Shown here in pieces: positions 19,001-28,000 of a stretch of DNA of 64,000 bases. The DNA comes from a virus, in the IMG/VR virus record IMGVR_UViG_3300022689_000474, positions 1 through 64,000 of that record; one strand, 5' to 3'. Position numbers and translations under genes: made by a program. How positions within the stretch are numbered: the first letter of the stretch is position 1; the number at the start of each line of letters is the position of its first letter. The notes under the pieces were generated by a model. It searched no databases, was not told the origin of the DNA, and saw only the letters and a program-made list of their open reading frames with translations.

Positions 19001-22000
19001 ATGAAATTAAATATAGGGTAACTGTCTTAAAAGATATTAAAGGTCAACCCGGTTTTGTATATATGATAGATCAGAATAAGGTATTGGGAAATACAAGATT
19101 AATGAATCAAACTGATGAAAGTGTATATGGATTACCTTATGCCTTAGAAGAAGGTCAGAAGTATAGAAGGATAGAAGCAGGAGAATCTTTAGAGTTAAAT
19201 CCTTTAGATACTTTTGCTAATTTGATGGGAACTCTTTTAGGTGAGAGTTCATTTAGAACTATGGTAGAGGAACCTATGAGATATATAAAAGTATTATCTG
19301 GATCTACTCTAAAGAGTAAATACTTATCCTCTTCTAATTATACTACAGCTTCTGTAGCTGGACTGGGATATTTAAGATTCCTTGGTACAGGTATAGCTTC
19401 TAATATTGAAGGTAAGAATTCAAAAGGTATATTTGAATTCTTTAATAAGTTAGATGCTAGGATGGCTCATGAAATAAGTAGAGAGTTTTACTCTAAACAT
19501 ATTAGTTTGACAGCTGAAGGAAGAAAAGGATTAGAAATGTCTGCAGGTCTATTTGACCCTACAGATATGAATAATTCAAGGACAGCAGAGAGACATTCAA
19601 TTATAAATGCCCTAAGTTCAATAGCAGTCTTAAATGAAAAGATACAAGAGGCTAAGAAGCATAATATCAGGGGTATAGGTAAAATTCAAAGTGAAAGGAA
19701 TCAACATATATCATTTATCCTTAATCAATTTGATAATATCTTAGGTAGACAAGAAAGGTCTACATTTGAATCAGATATAAGTTTGGGAGTTATTGAATCT
19801 TTAAGAGATATTACTTATTATCAAGGAAGAGATAATAATATAAAACAAATAAAACAATCTATATTTGAGCCTTTTATCTCTTTAGGACAGGCTTCTATAT
19901 ATGCCAATTCACAAGCTTGGTATAAAAATCCTATTTTTGCTTTAAGTCCATATTCAATAGAATATTTTAAAGAGGGTACTAATATTTCTGAGAATCCCTC
20001 TATGAATAATATAATGAGATATGCTTTGGCTAGTCCTTATTCATACTCATCTACAGATCCAACTGGAAAAGGTACTGAAGGATTTATAAGATCAGTTGCT
20101 GAAGGAGGAGGAGGAAAGACAACTGAAGAAGAAGGATATTCTTTATTTGGAGATATGAAGACTACATTTGGAGATATAACTTCTATAGATATCTTAAAGT
20201 ATACTGGTACAGGTAATATAGTTAAGAGAAGTGAATATGAAAATACAGTTATAAAGAAACTATATTTAGAATATCAAGCAACAGTATCTAATGGAATTAT
20301 AAATATATCTTTAGAAGATTTTACTCAACAGCTACAATCTGATAATCCTATGGGTGCATTACAACCCTATAAAGATATATTTAAGCGTCTTATACAAGAT
20401 ACTCCCTTCAAAGATGAATCAATAGATAGAGCATTAGTATTTAACTTCAATGTACCAAAGAAAGCAAGTCAGATACCTCAAAGATTGAAGAATGTATTAG
20501 GATCTAAACCAATGTACGAAATGGATAGTGGATTTAGTATTCTGTTGAGGAAGAAAGGAGTATTAACTTCTACAGAGATGAAATATTTTAAGAAGTTCTT
20601 AGAACAGAAACATAGATTAAATAGGACTAAACTACAAGAAAGTATTAAAAAGATAAATAAGTTAAGTAAATCTTCTTATAGTCTATCTCCAGATCAGTAT
20701 TTAGAAGCGATAATAGTTAGTAGACAGGTAGAACTAATGAAGGCGAGGATAAATAATAATAACACTAATATATTAACTCATTCTAAAAATACTAAAAGGA
20801 TAATAAGTAATGTATTGTCACTTATAGAAGAAGATTTATTTAATACGGGAATAGATAGTTTTGTTAGGAAAGCTGAAGAATTGATATGGAATGATAAGTC
20901 TAATTCAAAGACGAAAGAGAGAGAAAAAATAAAGGCTTTAGAATTTATAAAAGAAGCTTATCAAGATGTAAACCAATTAGTAGGTGAATCTAGTAAAGTA
21001 TCAATAATTAATGATAGTGATCTGAGGAATTATATGACTTCAGATCAACATGAAATAGTGGAAGGTCTAAAAGATAACTTATCGGAGATATATGGTTTTG
21101 ATAGAGATGAATATATGGATCATGGATCTTTAGCTAGAGCTTCATTATTAAATATTTTAAAAATGAATGATTCTTTAGCTTCTGGTATTAAAGGATTTAC
21201 TACAGGTAGAACTACTGTTAAAGGAAAGAAGAGTGTTATATTAGTCCAACTCTCAGGAGGTTTTTCTGATTATGGTTTTACTAATCCATTATATGGAAGT
21301 GATATAAACTTTCTTAAGGAAGCTAGGAAAAAGATGAAGAATGAAACCTATAAGAACCCTTTAACAAATAAGGAAATTGAACTTACTGATTGGTCTAATC
21401 TTTCTAGAGAAGATAAGATGAAGTTGGGTATGATGTCTGGATTTTTAGAGAAAGCTGAAAAAAGACAGAAATCTTCTATGTTAGTAGAAGATTGGTTTAT
21501 TCAAGGTAATAGGGTAGCTAGAAAAGGAGATATAGTGACTTATGATAATGAATCTAATAGAGTATTGGTATGGGGAGATAAAAGAGATATTTATAACTCT
21601 ATGATACCTTTAGATAAGATAGATATGGAAAAGATATCAAGAGCGGATAGAGAGAATCTTAAAAAGGCGGCGATAGGAGATGCTAAAGCAGCATATTACT
21701 TTAGAGAAGATGTGGATTCAAGGGACCAAGCATCTGCAATAGCAGGAACTATAGATAACTTTAGAGTTATAGATGATTTACCTACAGTGTCATTATTAGA
21801 AAGACAAGCTTGGCATAGGAATTCAGAAGAGAGTTATGAATATTTAATATCAGCTAAACAGTTATCAGGGGTGGCAGATACAAATCAGTTAATTTGGGAA
21901 TTTACATATAATAGATCAATAATGATGGGAGGGGGAAGAAGAGGAGAAGGTACTTCCTCTTTAGTAAAAGCTGTAAATGTATTCTTACAACCTAATATAT

Positions 22001-25000
22001 TTGAAAGATTAGCAGCTTCTTTAAATGAATTTGGAGGGGGGACTCTTAAAGCTGATCCATTATCTATAGAAAATATAATGGGTTTATATAGTCCTACTAA
22101 CTTTAAAAGTTATGCATACTCACATGGTGCGGAGATTTTATCTAATAAAGAATTAAGAGAGAACTTCATGGCCCAATTAGGAGTAAGAAATAAAAGAGGA
22201 GTAAATGAAATAAGTAGTAAACAATTAGGGGCGTTAATGCTACTTACATTTGGAGATACCTATTTAGAGGATAGTAGTAAAAAGAATATATATTCAGACT
22301 TCTTTGGTAGTGCATTATCAGGGGAGTTAGGAGAGTGGATGAAAGGATTAGCTCTCAGTTCAGTATTATCTACAGGAAAAGATATAACTTTAAATCAGAA
22401 TGAGATATCAAGATTAATGAGTGGTGCATTATTAAATGATGATTCTGACTTAAAGAAGTTAATGGTAAGTAATTTCCAATCTATGGTAAGTAAGAAGAGT
22501 AAAGATTTATTTGGTTCAATGCAACTACCATCTATAGATATGATAGATAGTAAAAAGTTTGAACTGTCATTTACTCAAGGTGGAGATTATATGAAGAAAT
22601 TCTTATCTAGACAGTTAGGTGCAATGGCTGATCTTGATAGAGATTATATACTAGGGGATGTGATGGAAGAAAGGATGGCTTCTATTATGGTAGGTAATTT
22701 AGAATTAATGTCTCAACTTATAGCTCAAGATACTTCTACAGTAGTACCTACAGATATAAATGTAGAAGATAATAAAACTTTAATCAAATTATTATCTATA
22801 AGTGGATATCAAGATATTGGTAGAATTCAAGATATAACTATAAGAATGGATAATAATTTACAAGTTCAACGAGAGGAGAGAGAGTATGTAGATAGTATGA
22901 GAGAGATATTAAAAGGTCTTACTAATACATCAAATATTGTTAGATTATATGGATCTGTTTTACCATCTGCTAGTAAAGAAGCGGTAGGTAGTAAGTTAAC
23001 TGGAGCTCTTGAATTCCAACATATGGTTAAACCTTTATATCAATTCTCTTCATCCTTTACTAATAAAGGAGAATTATCTGATTTAAGGAAAGTATTAGGT
23101 AATGTATTATCTACCATATCTCAGACAGAAAGTATGATTACTGGTGAAGCTATTCTTAGAAGGAATGATTTATTAACGGGTAGACCAGTAGATATAAGTG
23201 ATATGAACTCTTTATCTTCATTAGATCGTCATAAATTTATAGGAATAAATACTGCTTATGATCCAGAAAGTATAAAACAGTTAAGAGAATTAAAGAGGGA
23301 TTATAGAGATTATGAAGAAGGAATTAAATATATAATTGCTGATAAAGTAAAACAATTAAATAACTTACAAGGAGATTCATCTTTAAATAGATTAAAGAGA
23401 TTGGAATTAACTTCAGAGATATCAGATCTAATGACATTACAACCTGATTTCCTATATGAAGGTAGAGCTGGATATATGGATGAAGAAATAGAATATCTTA
23501 CAGTGAAATGGGATAAATCTCAGAAAGATGGTGAAGTGAGAATGAGAAGAGGAACTCAAACGAAAAGGATAAAAAGTATAGTTAGGAGTTATATGAAAAG
23601 TAATAAAGGTAAAAAGATATATAGTAGAAAAGGTACAGAACTAAATATCCTTGAATCTTTAGAAGCTGTTTCAGGTAGGATGGCTATTGATATAGGTAGG
23701 GTTCAACAGGCTTTAAATCCAGATACTCCATTTGGTATGGGGACAATTCAACCAGTATTAGAAGGTTTAGATTATAGATCATTTTCTTTCAGTCTTCCTA
23801 GTTTTATGGTAGAAGGTCAAGATGAATCAGGAGGGGTCTCTTTATCTTTTGATTATTCAGATAAAGCTAAAAGATATAGTTACTTAATGGGTGCTTCTGA
23901 ATTGCAATTATTAGGAGATCAATATGGTTCATATGTAGAAGAACTTACTGCAAAAACTATTTATCTTGCTAGTGCTTTTGCTCCTGGTAGTAATTTGTCC
24001 ATAATTATGGATAAAATAAAAAGAAGTAAGTTATCTGGTGATTCTAGAGTCTCACTTACTAAAGAAGAATATACTCTATGGCAAAGGTATTATGAAACTG
24101 CTGTAGGGAATAGGGGTATAGTTCCTTTATTAGCTGAAGCATCCGCTAATGTAAGATCTCAACAAGTAATGGCAGGTAAAATAAGATTAGCTGGTATAGT
24201 TACAACTCCTGCGGCATCATTCTTAGTAAACCCAGGAGATATATTATTAGCACAGGAAGGAGAAAGAAGACAAATACATATGTCAGAGAATCGATATACA
24301 TTGTATAGAGAAGCTATAAGTAAAGAAGCTCAATTTCAAAGAATAATGTCAGATGAAAATGAATTGGCTAAATATGGTAGAGGTTCTATAAGTAGAGTTA
24401 TAGATTATTATTCATCTTTACAAAGTGCAATGTTATATGGATTATCAGAACCTGCAACTTTAAACTTATCTAAGTTCTCAGATGAATTCACCAAATTGAA
24501 TGAAAAGATAGATAAATATAGTAATAAAGATTTTGATAAAGTAGCAGAGCATCTTTCTAATCAAATAGCAAGATTAAATGATATGGATCTATCTTTAATA
24601 TCTCCAGAAGAAGGAAAGGGAGATTCATATTTAAAGAACTTACAAGAAGTATCTTCTATTTATTTAAGAAGAAAGTTAGAGAGAAAGTTATTCTCTTCTA
24701 CTACAAATATTACTTCTAAACAGAAAGTAGGTTTAATTAGAGGTATAAAAGCTTTAGAAAGTCAAGTATTAGAAACTACTTCTAAAGAAGTAGAGAATTA
24801 TATAAGTTTAAAGAAATTAGGTTTGGCTGATGCTATAGAAGGTATACAAAATGTATTTCAAGGAACTAGTCAAGTTTCTCAATATGCAGTATCTAAATTA
24901 GAGATGTTAGATAGACTTAAAAGAGGTGTATTTAGTGATAAATCTGTAAGAAGAGTAATTAATCCAGATGGTTCTATAAGGGAATCAATGAATATAGATA

Positions 25001-28000
25001 CACTTAACTTTAAAGTAGAAGAAGGATTAGCTAGATCAGTATCTTCCGAAAAGTTATTACAGGATATAAAGGGGATGTATGATGTATTATATACTACTGA
25101 TTTATATGATAAACAAAATAGAATATCTTCACAATATAGTAGTAACTTAAATAGTAAAAATCTAAGTATTTTACAAAGTACATCTAAGTCAATAACGGAA
25201 TTAAGAGATACAAATAAGAATAATCTTAGAATTAACTCATCTACACTTAATGATTATCAAAAAGGTTTAGCAAGTATATCTCTTGAAGTGGCAGAGATAA
25301 TGAATGAAGATATTAATTATTTACTTACTGGTAAAAAGACTAATTCTAGTAATGATCTAATTAGTAGATTGGAAAATAGATTAAAACAATATGGTACTTA
25401 TCAAAAAGGTACTACTGAGAGAACGATATATGATACCATGTTGAAGAAAGTAGTAGAAGATATAGAAGATAAAAGAAAGAATTCTGAAGTCTTTGGTATG
25501 GGAGAAGTTACTGATCTTATTAGTAAGAATATTAATAAAGAGATAGGAAGGATTAGTAGAGAGGTGTCTTCTAAAAGATATTTATTAAAAGAGGGAAGAG
25601 AATTAGAACAAAAAGTAAAAAATAATGAAGATGTTAATTGGAATCAATTTACTGAATTTCTACAAGCTCTTGAGAAGAATAAATATACAGATCCTGAAAT
25701 AACAGAATTATATAATTCTCTAAAGAGTCAGGTTAGATCTGTATTAACAGCGGGTAGAAGATTTTTAGAAGACCCTTTATCTAAATTATTAAAAGATATA
25801 CCTACATTAGCAACTGGAGTATTAGGAGGTAGAGATAAATTTGCTATAAGTGAATTTGAATTAGAAGGAAAGTTAAGAAAGAGAGTATCTCCATTCAAGA
25901 TAGATAAAGAATTATTAAGGGATTCAGCTAGATATACAGATGAAGATATATCTTTCCTTACTTTCTACACTAAAGAAGTATTCAATCAATTTGAGACGGT
26001 AAATGAACATTTAAGACAAGTAAGTGAAGGAACTCATAAAGCAACAGATACATATACAAGTATGGTATCTGAAAAGAGTAGAGATTCTTTCTTAAAGTTA
26101 ACTAAGTCCGTAGAAGCAATATCTAATACTTTGGAAGAATTACAAAGTAGTAGACAAATAAATGTAACTGACGATAGGTTAAAAGATATTTTATCTGTAT
26201 ATACTGCGGAGATTCCTGGTATGGAATCATCATCAGTAGAGATAAATAAACGTTTAGGTAAAGCTAGAGATTTGTTAACAGGTAATAGAAAGGGTAATAC
26301 TGTTGATGCATATGGTTTAGTTAATGTATTCCAAGAGATATTAAATACTTATGATAATACGGATGCAATGAGAGTATTAGGTTTTAGATCTCCACCTCCT
26401 GGAGGTAATGAACCTCAAAGATATACTTTAGAAGTATTAAAAGATATAAGTCTTATAAATGAATATTCAAGAGCGGTAAATCCTCAAGGAGGTGTTGAAT
26501 ATGATCAAGGAAGAAATAAGACATTAACTTTATTAAATCCCATATCGTTATTGACTATGAGTTTAGGAGATTTTGATGGAGATCCATATACAACGATATA
26601 TAGTAACTTTATGGATTTACATAGAGAAGTATATAATACAGAAGTTAAAGTAAAGTTCAAAGAAGAAATCCAATTAAAGAAGATAGAAAGTTTAATATCT
26701 AGGAAATCAGCAATATCTGGTTTATCTTTAAATGAGAATGATATAAAAGATTATATATCAAATAATCAATCTACTCTAGAAGAAGAAGATAATACTTTAT
26801 TAAATGAATGGTTAAGTAAGAAAGCAGAAATAGCTAGCCATAGAAAAGATATATCAGTTACTAATTTGAAGATAACTGCTATGAACCGTGAGTTAGAGAA
26901 TAGTAATTTTAATAAAGCATTAAGAAGAGAGATATCTAATTATATAGGTGTAAATCAAAAACATTTCTTATCTGTAGATAATGGCGGATATAGAGATGTA
27001 GATATAAGTACAGATGTAGCCTTAACATTTATAGAACAAGGTAGAGGGTTATTTGGAGGTTTAGAAGAAAAAGCTCCTGAAGCTGTAAGAGTAAATGATA
27101 CATTAAAATCTATATTCAAATTATATCCAAATAATAATGTAAGTGTACCAAATAGACCCAATCCTTCAACAGGAACTTATGATATAGAAGCATTTAGAAA
27201 GATAATAGAATCCTCGGACAATAATGAAATACTAACTACTTTAAGAGATAAGATAACTAATTCTTTATATGCTAGTAATAATAATCAAAATAATGGAGCT
27301 TTATATTCATTATTACTATTAAGTCAGGAATCTTTACAATCTCAAATGAATCAAGCAGGGTCTACTGCTTCTAATAATTCTCTAGATCCCTTAATTAGAG
27401 AATTAAGAGAATCTAGGAATTTCTTACAGAATGAAGGGAAGGTATCAACTGGTACATTAAATGACAAGGATATAGAAGAGATTCTTGCTTATACCTCAGC
27501 TAGAGCTATGACTCAGGCATCTAGTTTAGGTGGACTTAAAGGAATGTTGGCCCAATCAACAGGTACAAGTATGGACTTTCAGACAAGTGATATGATGGTT
27601 TTAACAATGGGTAAAGCCGGTTCAGATGTATTAGGTAAGATATATAATACATTTATTGGAGCAATATATAGGGATAGTCCTCTAATAGCTACAAGTCATG
27701 TAATGACTCAAGGAGGTTTCTTAGAGAGTATAAGAAATAATCAACAAATGAGAGATACTATAGCTTTAGAAGGTTTAACAGTAGATGATTTTGTATCTGA
27801 ATTAAAGAGTTCTCAAGAAACAACTGAATCGCTACATGGTTTCATAAAAGATATAAATCAATTATTAAGGGATGGAATTAAACCGAAAGGGGGTCAAGAT
27901 CTATTAGAAAACTTAAAGAAACAGGCTGCGGTATATGAAACATTACAAGATCCTGCTGATAAGGAAGCATTAATAACCAAGATAGCATCATCTTTTGGTC